Part shown: piece after piece, positions 45,765 to 54,004 of the stretch
How the letters are laid out: the number at the start of each line of letters is the position of its first letter
How positions within the stretch are numbered: the stretch's first letter is position 1
Assembly (NCBI GenBank): GCA_016710595.1
Contig: JADJVM010000005.1
Location: forward strand, 339,657 to 403,656
DNA length: 64,000 bases
Reading direction: 5' to 3'
Source of the DNA: Niastella sp.
GTDB taxonomy: Bacteria > Bacteroidota > Bacteroidia > Chitinophagales > Chitinophagaceae
The notes under the pieces: model-generated
Told to the model about the DNA's origin: nothing
Seen by the model: the letters and a program-made list of their open reading frames with translations, nothing else
Database searches by the model: none
Made by a program: the position numbers and the translations under genes

Positions 45765-46580
45765 TTAGAATTCTATTTCAAAAAACTGTGTATCGTCTGC
45801 TACTTCAGAACCCATCATAAACTCTAAATTCACCTGCCATAATCCTGTCATGGTAAAGTTTACTTTGCCTTTATAATGGCCATTGCCTATACCAATGGGA
45901 TTTACATTGTTGGGTGAGCCATGCCCCATAGTAGGCATTTCGGGTTCCATTAATATTGTGAATCCATTCTCGGCAGGGTAACTCATCATAGATTCTTTTT
46001 TATAAATAGCAATTTCCATATCATTGATCCCTATATGTGGTTTCACGGGATTGATTAAGGCCACAAAATATTTTGCGCCATTATTTAATGCGGTAAATGA
46101 TTTTAGAGTTGATTTTACAGGATCTACTACAGTCACCGGAAAACTAAAAGTTCCCAATTTACCATTTACCAATACGGTTACAGATACTGTCCAATTACCG
46201 GCTGTAGAAGGCATTATAAAAACTACACTACAGGGAAACAAATGGTTTACAGCATTAACAGATGCAGGATTTTCAAATGGGCTGGAGTGTTGCATACTAC
46301 CCATATCCATCATCGGCGTAAGTTGAATATTTGCATTATCAACCCGGTTGCCACTTAAAGAATCGTATATAGCAAGATAAAGGTTTGTATATCCTGTATT
46401 AATTACTGAAACCGAAGTATATACTTCTACTTTGGCTGCAGCACCAGGCGCATAGCCTTCCGTAATTTTTGTTAATCCATCGGTTGGTGAAGATTCAGGA
46501 ATCTCATTTTTAGAGCATGAGGTAAAGAATAGAATAATGAAGGATGCCAATGATAACATCACATTGAATGATTTTTTCAT
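45765..46580 (-). CDS. Met/His-rich lipoprotein (YtkA/FixH-like Ig-fold, tentative; possible Cu(I) binding)
   Basis: Lipobox FFTSC. Motifs MMDMGSMQHSSPF and MEPEMPTMGHGSPNN. Beta-rich repeats (GNWTVSVTVLVNG; GLWQVNLEFMMG). Confidence 0.5.
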   Translation of the reverse strand: MKKSFNVMLSLASFIILFFTSCSKNEIPESSPTDGLTKITEGYAPGAAAKVEVYTSVSVINTGYTNLYLAIYDSLSGNRVDNANIQLTPMMDMGSMQHSSPFENPASVNAVNHLFPCSVVFIMPSTAGNWTVSVTVLVNGKLGTFSFPVTVVDPVKSTLKSFTALNNGAKYFVALINPVKPHIGINDMEIAIYKKESMMSYPAENGFTILMEPEMPTMGHGSPNNVNPIGIGNGHYKGKVNFTMTGLWQVNLEFMMGSEVADDTQFFEIEF

Positions 46581-46666
46581 AAAAGCTGAAAATATTTTTT
46601 GTTAAAGAATGTATACAGGAGTACAAGCTGCAATTATTACAGCTATAAACTACCTCTCAAAATTAA

Positions 46667-47047
46667 TTATGAAATACTTTCAGCAGGCGGGTGAAAAATA
46701 TCAGGAGATATTATGAATTTGTAATGATCAGTCATGATACCATAAGGTTCCGCATCATGAGAATAGAACACGATAAGTTCATTCAGTTTTTCTATAATAC
46801 ATGGTGCTGTTTCTACAGGTTTTTTCACCTGCAAGGGCGCCTCCTTATCCTGGGTATCGGTTGATTGGCTTAGTTTTTTATTAAGGAAACATTTACCATG
46901 ACAAGCCATTTTAGGATTATTTTTGTTTACACAAAGTACCCTGGCAACATACTCCTGGTTTACATAATACCATGTAATAACAAAGGCAGAATATGCAAAC
47001 TGCATAGTAAAAATAAATAATAATATAGCTGCACCTGTTCTTTTCAC
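46667..47047 (-). CDS. Small membrane-anchored protein with CxnCxGKC motif
   Basis: One N-terminal TM, then CVNKNNPKMACHGKCFLNKK. First gene of the putative unit ending in the TonB-dependent receptor. Confidence 0.4.
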   Translation of the reverse strand: MKRTGAAILLFIFTMQFAYSAFVITWYYVNQEYVARVLCVNKNNPKMACHGKCFLNKKLSQSTDTQDKEAPLQVKKPVETAPCIIEKLNELIVFYSHDAEPYGIMTDHYKFIISPDIFHPPAESIS

Positions 47048-47121
47048 ACTGCAAAGATAATAGTTTATAAGTTTGCAGTATTATGATTTATATCATGCAT
47101 ACAACTGATTATGTACCGAAT

Positions 47122-48504
47122 TTATTTCAATTGCTGAAACCTGGCCTGGAAAAACCGTAAATATTTTGGTTCATAAATCATTTTCATCCCTTTTATCTTT
47201 TTTCTACGTTCATAAACGAATGCAGCAGATTCAGCAATCACATCCATGTGGGCCTGGGTATATACCCTGCGTGGAATGGTGAAACGTACTAATTCTAATT
47301 TTGGAAAATAATTTTCTCCATTTGTTTTTCTTCCGGCAGAAACAATTCCTCTTTCCATCGTTCTTACCCCGGCATCCAAATACAATTCTGCTGCTAATGT
47401 TTGTGCCGGGAAATTTCCCTGGGGTATATGCGGTAAAAATTTTTTTGCATCTACAAAAATCCCATGTCCGCCAATAGGTTTCACAATGGGTATATTATAA
47501 TCCATCATTTTATTACCCAAGTAAATTACCTGGCCTACCCGGGCCTTAATATGGTCGGCGCTCACACTTTCTTCAATACCAATAGCCATAGCTTCCATAT
47601 CCCTGCCCGCCAATCCGCCATAAGTATGCAATCCCTCATACACAACTACCATGTTCCTGGCTTCTTCAAAAATATCCCATTCATTCACTGCCAGGAACCC
47701 GCCAATATTTACCAATGCATCTTTTTTCGCACTCATCGTAGCGCCATCGGTATAAGAATTAATTTCTTTTACTATTTCTTTGATGCTTTTTTTATCATAA
47801 CCTTTTTCTTTTTGCTGAATAAAATAGGCATTCTCTGCAACCCTTGTCATATCATGGATAATACGAATTTTATGTTTCTTAGTAAGTGTTCTCAAATCTT
47901 TCAGATTTTTCATACTAATCGGTTGACCTCCCGCCATGTTCACACTTGTAGCAATACTGATATAAGGGATTTTTTTTGCGCCGTGTTTTTCAATCAATTT
48001 TTCAAGTTTGGATAAATCCACATTGCCTTTAAATGGAAATTCATTTTCCGGGTCATGTGCTTCATCAATGATGATATCTTCAAATTTCCCACCGGCAAGT
48101 TCCTGGTGCAACCGGGTAGTGGTGAAATACATATTACCGGGAATGATGTCTCCTTTTTTTATGAGGATCTTAGAAAGAATATTTTCTGCCCCACGCCCCT
48201 GGTGCGTTGGTATCAGGTATTTGTAACCATAAATATCTTTTACCACTTTTTCTAAATGATAAAAATTTCTACTCCCTGCATAAGCTTCATCCCCCAGCAT
48301 CATTCCTGCCCATTGCCTGTCACTCATGGCAGAAGTACCACTATCGGTTAATAAATCAATATATACATCATCAGATTTTAATAAGAAAGTATTATAACCG
48401 GCTTCTTGTAACGCTTTTTTGCGTTGGGTTGCCGTTGTCATTTTTAATAACTCTACCATCTTCATTTTATAAGGTTCTGCCCAGCTCCTTTTTACATTTT
48501 TCAT
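47122..48504 (-). CDS. Beta-eliminating lyase, tyrosine phenol-lyase-like
   Basis: PLP-Lys block SAKKDALVNIGGFLA. MERGIVSAGR and the C-terminus YEPKYLRFFQARF resemble Citrobacter TPL (MERGIISAGR, YEPKQLRFFTARF) as I recall it. Confidence 0.75.
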   Translation of the reverse strand: MKNVKRSWAEPYKMKMVELLKMTTATQRKKALQEAGYNTFLLKSDDVYIDLLTDSGTSAMSDRQWAGMMLGDEAYAGSRNFYHLEKVVKDIYGYKYLIPTHQGRGAENILSKILIKKGDIIPGNMYFTTTRLHQELAGGKFEDIIIDEAHDPENEFPFKGNVDLSKLEKLIEKHGAKKIPYISIATSVNMAGGQPISMKNLKDLRTLTKKHKIRIIHDMTRVAENAYFIQQKEKGYDKKSIKEIVKEINSYTDGATMSAKKDALVNIGGFLAVNEWDIFEEARNMVVVYEGLHTYGGLAGRDMEAMAIGIEESVSADHIKARVGQVIYLGNKMMDYNIPIVKPIGGHGIFVDAKKFLPHIPQGNFPAQTLAAELYLDAGVRTMERGIVSAGRKTNGENYFPKLELVRFTIPRRVYTQAHMDVIAESAAFVYERRKKIKGMKMIYEPKYLRFFQARFQQLK

Positions 48505-48526
48505 ACGTATTTTATTTATAATTTTT

Positions 48527-49900
48527 TTATTTATTAGATTTTAGCTTTACGGTGAAATGCCTGAGTGCAGGTGCTTCTTCAATAATGGTTAATCCGTAAA
48601 TCGTATTCCTTCTTTGAAAAACATCAATTACTACTTCGGCAACATAATCAATATGGCTTTGGGTATAAACCCGCCTGGGTATGGCAAGCCGTACCAATTC
48701 TAATGTTGCAGGAATTAATTTTCCATCGGCATCATATTTACCAAACATAAGTGATCCAATTTCTACTGACCGGATGCCTCCTTCTTCATATAATGCACAA
48801 GCCAAAGCCTGCCCGGGGTATTGATCAATGGGTATATGGGGTAAAAACTCTTTAGCATCTAAATACACAGCATGCCCACCGCCGGGACGCATTACGGGTA
48901 CGCCAGCAGCCACTAATTTCTCAGTGAGGTATTCGATACTACGAATGCGGTATTGCAAATAATTTTCTTCCATCACTTCTTTTAAACCAATCGCAATGGC
49001 CTCCAGGTCTCTACCGGCAAGGCCTCCATAAGTAGGAAACCCTTCTGTAATGATGAGGAGGTTGCGGCATTGCAAAGCCAGTGCTTCACTATGCATTGCC
49101 AAAAAACCGCCAATATTGGCAAAGGCATCTTTCTTGGCGCTCATGGTACAACCGTCGGCATAAGAAAAAAGTTCGTGTACAATTTCAGGAATAGGTTTAT
49201 CAGTATATCCTTCTTCACGCAATTTTATAAACCAGGCATTTTCTGCAAACCGGCAGGCATCTATAAATAAAGGGATACCATATTGGGTACATATTTTACG
49301 TACTTCTTTAATATTTTGCATACTCACTGGCTGGCCGCCACCCGAGTTATTTGTAACGGTAATAATTACCAGGGGAATATTTTTAGCGCCTTTATCAATG
49401 ATAAATTTTTCGAGTGCAGCGGTATCCATATTTCCTTTAAAGGCTGCAGGGATGCCCGGGTGTTTGCCTTCTTCACATATTAAATCAATCCCTTCAGCGC
49501 CTGAAAACTCAATATTGGCACGGGTTGTATCAAACAAGGTGTTACTTACAAAATATTTTCCTTTGCCTCCCAGTATCTCAAATAAAATTCTTTCTGCTGC
49601 CCGCCCCTGGTGTGTAGGAATAATAAAAGGCATACCGGTAATTTCCTGGATAGTATTGCTGAAGTGGAAAAAACTCGGGCTACCGGCATAAGATTCATCT
49701 CCTTTCATAATACCTGCCCACTGGTTACTGCTCATGGCGCTGGTACCACTATCTGTTAAGAGATCAATTAATACATCCTGCGAATGAATAAGAAATGGAT
49801 TATAAAATGCTTTTTCCAGGATCGCCGTCCTTTGTTCTTTGGTATTGAAATATATTGGTTCAACGGTTTTTATCCGGAAGGGTTCAATGATTGTACGCAT
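48527..49900 (-). CDS. tnaA: Beta-eliminating lyase, tryptophanase-like
   Basis: PLP-Lys block SAKKDAFANIGGFLA. VEIGSLMFGK...ELVRLAIPRRVYTQSHIDY...LRHFTVKLK resembles E. coli TnaA (VEIGSFLLGR...LRHFTAKLK). The ATG at 49900 (MRTIIEPFRIK) is preferred over the longest ORF at 50008. Confidence 0.75.
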   Translation of the reverse strand: MRTIIEPFRIKTVEPIYFNTKEQRTAILEKAFYNPFLIHSQDVLIDLLTDSGTSAMSSNQWAGIMKGDESYAGSPSFFHFSNTIQEITGMPFIIPTHQGRAAERILFEILGGKGKYFVSNTLFDTTRANIEFSGAEGIDLICEEGKHPGIPAAFKGNMDTAALEKFIIDKGAKNIPLVIITVTNNSGGGQPVSMQNIKEVRKICTQYGIPLFIDACRFAENAWFIKLREEGYTDKPIPEIVHELFSYADGCTMSAKKDAFANIGGFLAMHSEALALQCRNLLIITEGFPTYGGLAGRDLEAIAIGLKEVMEENYLQYRIRSIEYLTEKLVAAGVPVMRPGGGHAVYLDAKEFLPHIPIDQYPGQALACALYEEGGIRSVEIGSLMFGKYDADGKLIPATLELVRLAIPRRVYTQSHIDYVAEVVIDVFQRRNTIYGLTIIEEAPALRHFTVKLKSNK

Positions 49901-50035
49901 ACAAAAATTTGTAATGAAAAAAAAATTAAAAGTAGGGTTACCGGGATCCGGTAAAGAAGAAATTAAGAAGGGCGGGAAATAATATTTTTCCAAAGTTGCA
50001 TGGCGCAAAGATGGCTTAGTTATTTAGAATAAAAA

Positions 50036-50049
50036 ATGATTTTTATCAT
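50036..50049. promoter_or_regulatory. Crp/Fnr-type palindrome ATGAT-N4-ATCAT in the divergent tnaA / thiol-RND intergenic region
   Basis: ATGATTTTTATCAT. It has the same half-sites and the same 3' flank (ATCATATTT) as the box at 41037. Confidence 0.3.
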
Positions 50050-50231
50050 ATTTCTTAAATAATACAATTTGATTTTTACACATGATAAAATAAAAAGTAA
50101 TGTTACCATTGAAAATTTACAGCAATAACCGGCCTGACAGCATAAAACCGGTATTGGTATGCAACATTTGTTACTTAGCATGCCGTAAGAGCTATTTATA
50201 TTTGCCACTTATGATAAAACCATTGGTTATT

Positions 50232-50468
50232 ATGAAACAAATTATTTTTAGCAATTGGAACTTTATGCGGTTATTCAGGCTTATTATTGGCCTCGGTATC
50301 ATGATACAAGGAATCTACATAAAAGATATTTTATTTGGAATAGCCGGGTTTATTTTTGCAGGCATGGCGCTCTTTAACCTGGGTTGCTGTGCTGTAGGTG
50401 GTTGTGCCGTTGCGCCTAAGAAAAATACCGAAAACACAAAAGATATTCATTATGAAGAAGTGGTTTAG
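50232..50468 (+). CDS. Small 2-TM membrane protein with Cys cluster (DUF2892/YgaP-like, tentative)
   Basis: NFMRLFRLIIGLGIMIQG resembles the DUF2892 N-terminal pattern. C-terminal GCCAVGGCAV. ATG at 50232. Confidence 0.45.
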   Translation: MKQIIFSNWNFMRLFRLIIGLGIMIQGIYIKDILFGIAGFIFAGMALFNLGCCAVGGCAVAPKKNTENTKDIHYEEVV

Positions 50469-50667
50469 TAACAATATTCTTTACCTGGCCGGGGCTGTAT
50501 TAGGCTCCCTGGCGGGATATTTGTACTGGCAACAAATAGGATGTGCCAGTGGTACCTGTGCTATTACATCAAAGCCATTGAACAGTACACTCTACGGAGC
50601 CATGCTGGGCGCTTTGCTGCTTGGCCTGTTTAAAAAAAATAAGAAAAAAGAAAAAATTGAATCGTGA
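50452..50667 (+). CDS. Small 2-TM membrane protein with CxSGxC motif (DUF6132-like, tentative)
   Basis: MKKWFSNNILYLAGAVLGSLAGYLYWQQIGCASGTCAI. Overlaps the upstream gene by 17 nt and the thioredoxin start by 4 nt. Confidence 0.45.
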   Translation: MKKWFSNNILYLAGAVLGSLAGYLYWQQIGCASGTCAITSKPLNSTLYGAMLGALLLGLFKKNKKKEKIES

Positions 50668-50960
50668 CTTTTAATGAAATCATACAATCTGATAAACTCG
50701 TTTTAGTAGACTTTTTTGCAACCTGGTGCGGGCCTTGTAAAACGATGGCGCCCATACTTAAAGAAGTAAAAGATGCGATGGGTAATGCCGCTACCATCAT
50801 AAAAGTAGATGTAGATAAAAGTCCACAGGCAGCTCAATATTACCAGATACAAGGTGTACCTACCTTAATATTATTTAAACAAGGCAAACCGCTTTGGAGG
50901 CAAAGTGGAGTGGTGCCCGGTAAGCAGCTTATTGACATTATTAAAAAACATACAACCTAA
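50664..50960 (+). CDS. trxA: Thioredoxin
   Basis: WCGPC active site within VLVDFFATWCGPCKTMAPIL, plus the cis-Pro block GVPTLILF. GTG start. Confidence 0.85.
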   Translation: MTFNEIIQSDKLVLVDFFATWCGPCKTMAPILKEVKDAMGNAATIIKVDVDKSPQAAQYYQIQGVPTLILFKQGKPLWRQSGVVPGKQLIDIIKKHTT

Positions 50961-50968
50961 ATTTAAAA

Positions 50969-51280
50969 ATGAGTTTCTTACAAAGACTATTTGGCAGCAG
51001 CCAAAAAGCAGGTTTAGCAGAAATTATTTCACAAGGGGCTTTCCTGGTAGATGTGCGATCAGCACAGGAATTTGCCTGTGGACATGTAAAAGGATCTGTA
51101 AATATCCCTTTACAAATTCTCCCTTCACAACTTTCAAAATTTAAAAACAAAAAAAATATTATTGTCTTTTGTTTAAGTGGTATGCGGAGTGGACAAGCAA
51201 AAAAAATATTAGAACAAAATGGTTTTACCAATGTAATAAATGGAGGTACCTGGACGCAGGTGAATCAGTTTGTATCTTAG
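50969..51280 (+). CDS. Single-domain rhodanese-like sulfurtransferase
   Basis: FLVDVRSAQEFACGHVKGSVNIPL and the active-site loop CLSGMRSGQA. Confidence 0.85.
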   Translation: MSFLQRLFGSSQKAGLAEIISQGAFLVDVRSAQEFACGHVKGSVNIPLQILPSQLSKFKNKKNIIVFCLSGMRSGQAKKILEQNGFTNVINGGTWTQVNQFVS

Positions 51281-51298
51281 TAAAAACAATGTAAGAAA

Positions 51299-51340
51299 AG
51301 TGCAGTAGTAGATGCATAACATCTTACTGTACTTTTTTTT
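51299..51340 (+). terminator. Rho-independent terminator (extended hairpin plus T8)
   Basis: AGTGCAGTA-GT-AGATG-CATAA-CATCT-TACTGTACT followed by TTTTTTT. Lies directly after the rhodanese gene. Confidence 0.6.
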
Positions 51341-51435
51341 ATACCTAAAAAAATAACTATTCTGCGTTGAAGGTTACAAATGTTACCGAATCCCCTTTTA
51401 ATCAGCATTAGTTTTGCATTCAAAATTTTAAATGA

Positions 51436-52779
51436 ATGCATAGGATAAAACGATTCACATTTTTAGCAGCGCTCATCGCAATAGTCTTTAATTCTTTTTA
51501 TTTAGAAACAAATGCACAGGACAGTGCCCGGTTCCTGTCATTAAACGAGGCCATTACTGCTACAATTCAAAACAACAGGGCCATACAACTGGCCACATTA
51601 GATGAAAACATTGCGGCCGCTAAATACAAACAAACAGAAGCTATTTATTTGCCACAACTAGGCGTTTCCTATACTGCGATGAATACGAATAACCCGCTGA
51701 ATGCTTTTGGTTTTAAACTGCAGCAAAAAATTATCGTTCAAAATGATTTTAATCCCGCACTCTTAAATAACCCCGGCGCTACTTCTGATTTCACTGCAAA
51801 ACTTGAATTGCAGCAACCCATTATTAATATGGATTTACAATACCAAAGAAAAGCCGCAGCTAAACAAACAGAAGTATATAAATACAAAACCCAACGTAGC
51901 AAAGAATATCTTACTTATGAAGTACAAAAAGCTTATTTGCAATTACAATTAGCTTATGATGCAAAAATATTATTGGAAGAAGCTCTACAAACTGCACAGT
52001 CGGTTTATAAATTTACCGATGACCACTACCAGCAAGGCCTTATTCAAAAATCGGATGTTCTGAACGCCCGGGTACAGGTAACTACCGTAGAAACCAACCT
52101 GGCAAAAGCCAAAAGCAATATTGGCAATGCCTCTGATTATTTAAGTTTATTAATGGCCAGGCCGGGAGGCACCATCTATACGATAGAAAAAAGTAATACC
52201 CTAACTGTTTTTGAAAATAATATACCAGCCAGAATAGATAGTAGCCGACCAGATTTTTTAGCCATGCAAAAAGCGATAGAAGCATCCAGCTTAATGATTA
52301 TTGCAAACAAAAAAAACTACATGCCAAAACTCAATGCGTTTGCCAGTTACCAGTTAAATGATAAACAACCACTGGGTTTTGGGGCAAATGCTTATGTAGC
52401 CGGAGTACAACTTACCTGGAATATTTTTAAAGGCAACAGTATCAAAAATTCAATCGCTACCCAAAAGCTGGAACGAAATAAAATGGAATCAGAATTAAAC
52501 AAGCAAATAGAACAAACCCAACTGGAACTTACCAAAGCCTACCGTGATTTAGGCGATGCACAATTTGATATTCAGCAACAAAAAGCAGCTATTGAACAGG
52601 CAAAAGAAGCTTTACAAATTTTACAAAACCGTTACAACCAGGGCCTGGTAAATACTACTGATGTATTGATGGCCAATACACAATATTCTCAGCAAAAATT
52701 TGCACTGGCCCAGGCACAATTTACAGCAAACCTTACCAAAGCCTACATACAACTATTAACAACCAGTACCACTAAATAA
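51436..52779 (+). CDS. TolC-family outer-membrane efflux protein
   Basis: Signal peptide. Two OEP repeats (LSLNEAITATIQNNRAIQLA...; coiled-coil segments). Confidence 0.85.
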   Translation: MHRIKRFTFLAALIAIVFNSFYLETNAQDSARFLSLNEAITATIQNNRAIQLATLDENIAAAKYKQTEAIYLPQLGVSYTAMNTNNPLNAFGFKLQQKIIVQNDFNPALLNNPGATSDFTAKLELQQPIINMDLQYQRKAAAKQTEVYKYKTQRSKEYLTYEVQKAYLQLQLAYDAKILLEEALQTAQSVYKFTDDHYQQGLIQKSDVLNARVQVTTVETNLAKAKSNIGNASDYLSLLMARPGGTIYTIEKSNTLTVFENNIPARIDSSRPDFLAMQKAIEASSLMIIANKKNYMPKLNAFASYQLNDKQPLGFGANAYVAGVQLTWNIFKGNSIKNSIATQKLERNKMESELNKQIEQTQLELTKAYRDLGDAQFDIQQQKAAIEQAKEALQILQNRYNQGLVNTTDVLMANTQYSQQKFALAQAQFTANLTKAYIQLLTTSTTK

Positions 52780-52798
52780 AATTTTTAAATCAAGATAT

Positions 52799-53905
52799 AT
52801 GACTCTACATTTTAAATATGCACTTGGCATGATAACCGGTATCAGTGTACTTTTTTTAAGCGCCTGTTCTTCCCATAAAAAAGATACAACCATTGCCAAT
52901 AGTGATACACCCATTTTGGTTACAGTATCTACACCCGCTGCAGCCGCAACAACAGAAATTAATTTAAGTGGACAAATAGAAGCTTCACAAACCGCAAACA
53001 TCAGTACCAGAGTAATGGGTTTCATTAGTATGCTAAAAGTAAAAGTAGGTGATCATGTAAGCAAAGGTCAATTACTGGCAACCATTAGCAGCCAGGATAT
53101 ATTGGCCAAACGTTCGCAAACCGATGCCATGATAAATGAAGCACAAGCGGCAGTAATCAGTGCAAAAAAAGATGTAGATAGATTTTCAATTTTATATAAA
53201 CAACAGAGTGCTACGGCAAAAGAATTAGATAATGTAACCCTGCAATACAATGCTGCAAAAGCAAGGCTGGAAGGTGCCAGGCAAATGCGAAATGAAGTAA
53301 ATGCAAATTTGGGATATACCAGTTTAACGGCACCTTTCTCAGGCATTGTAGTTCAAAAAATGGCTGAACAAGGAAGCCTAGCAAACCCGGGTATGCCCTT
53401 ATTAACTATTGAACAAAATGGAAATTACCAGGTTAGCGCATCGGTACCTGAAAATGTGATCAATCAAATTAAACTTGGAGATAAAGCAAATGTTTCAATT
53501 AAATCTATTGAAAAAATGATTCCGGCTACCGTATCTCAAATTAATCCCTCCTCACAATTTACAGGCGGGCAATACATTATAAAATTGAATATCCCGGATG
53601 CAGAAAAAAAGGGATTGTATGCAGGCATGTATGCAACGGTATCCATCGCAACGCCTGGAGCTGTAACGGCAAATACTACTAACAATGCCATATTGGTACC
53701 CGTATCCAGTATTATAAAAAAGGACCAGCTTACCGGTTTATATAGTATTGGCAGTAACCATACTGCTTTGCTCCGCTGGGTACGGTTGGGTAAAATTTTA
53801 GGAGATAAAGTAGAAGTACTTTCGGGCTTAGGAAAAGAAGAATCATTTATTGTTTCTGCTGAAGGCAAATTATATAATGGGGCACCAGTTACAATAAAAA
53901 AGTAA
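52799..53905 (+). CDS. Efflux RND periplasmic adaptor subunit, lipoprotein
   Basis: Lipobox FLSAC. Lipoyl-like block (VKVGDHVSKGQLLATI) and a coiled-coil hairpin. YTSLTAPFSGIV motif. Confidence 0.85.
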   Translation: MTLHFKYALGMITGISVLFLSACSSHKKDTTIANSDTPILVTVSTPAAAATTEINLSGQIEASQTANISTRVMGFISMLKVKVGDHVSKGQLLATISSQDILAKRSQTDAMINEAQAAVISAKKDVDRFSILYKQQSATAKELDNVTLQYNAAKARLEGARQMRNEVNANLGYTSLTAPFSGIVVQKMAEQGSLANPGMPLLTIEQNGNYQVSASVPENVINQIKLGDKANVSIKSIEKMIPATVSQINPSSQFTGGQYIIKLNIPDAEKKGLYAGMYATVSIATPGAVTANTTNNAILVPVSSIIKKDQLTGLYSIGSNHTALLRWVRLGKILGDKVEVLSGLGKEESFIVSAEGKLYNGAPVTIKK

Positions 53906-54004
53906 AATCATTTTTAAATACAAAAAGTTAGCACCCTAAGCATACTGTATGTATAAAAAGATGTAAAAAATTATACCGGGTATAACCCCATAAAAAATTA
54001 AAAA

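Noticed and set aside
47464-48521. Plus-strand ORFs of 66-183 aa overlapping the TPL-like gene.
   Set aside because: They are antisense shadows of a clearly homologous lyase gene.
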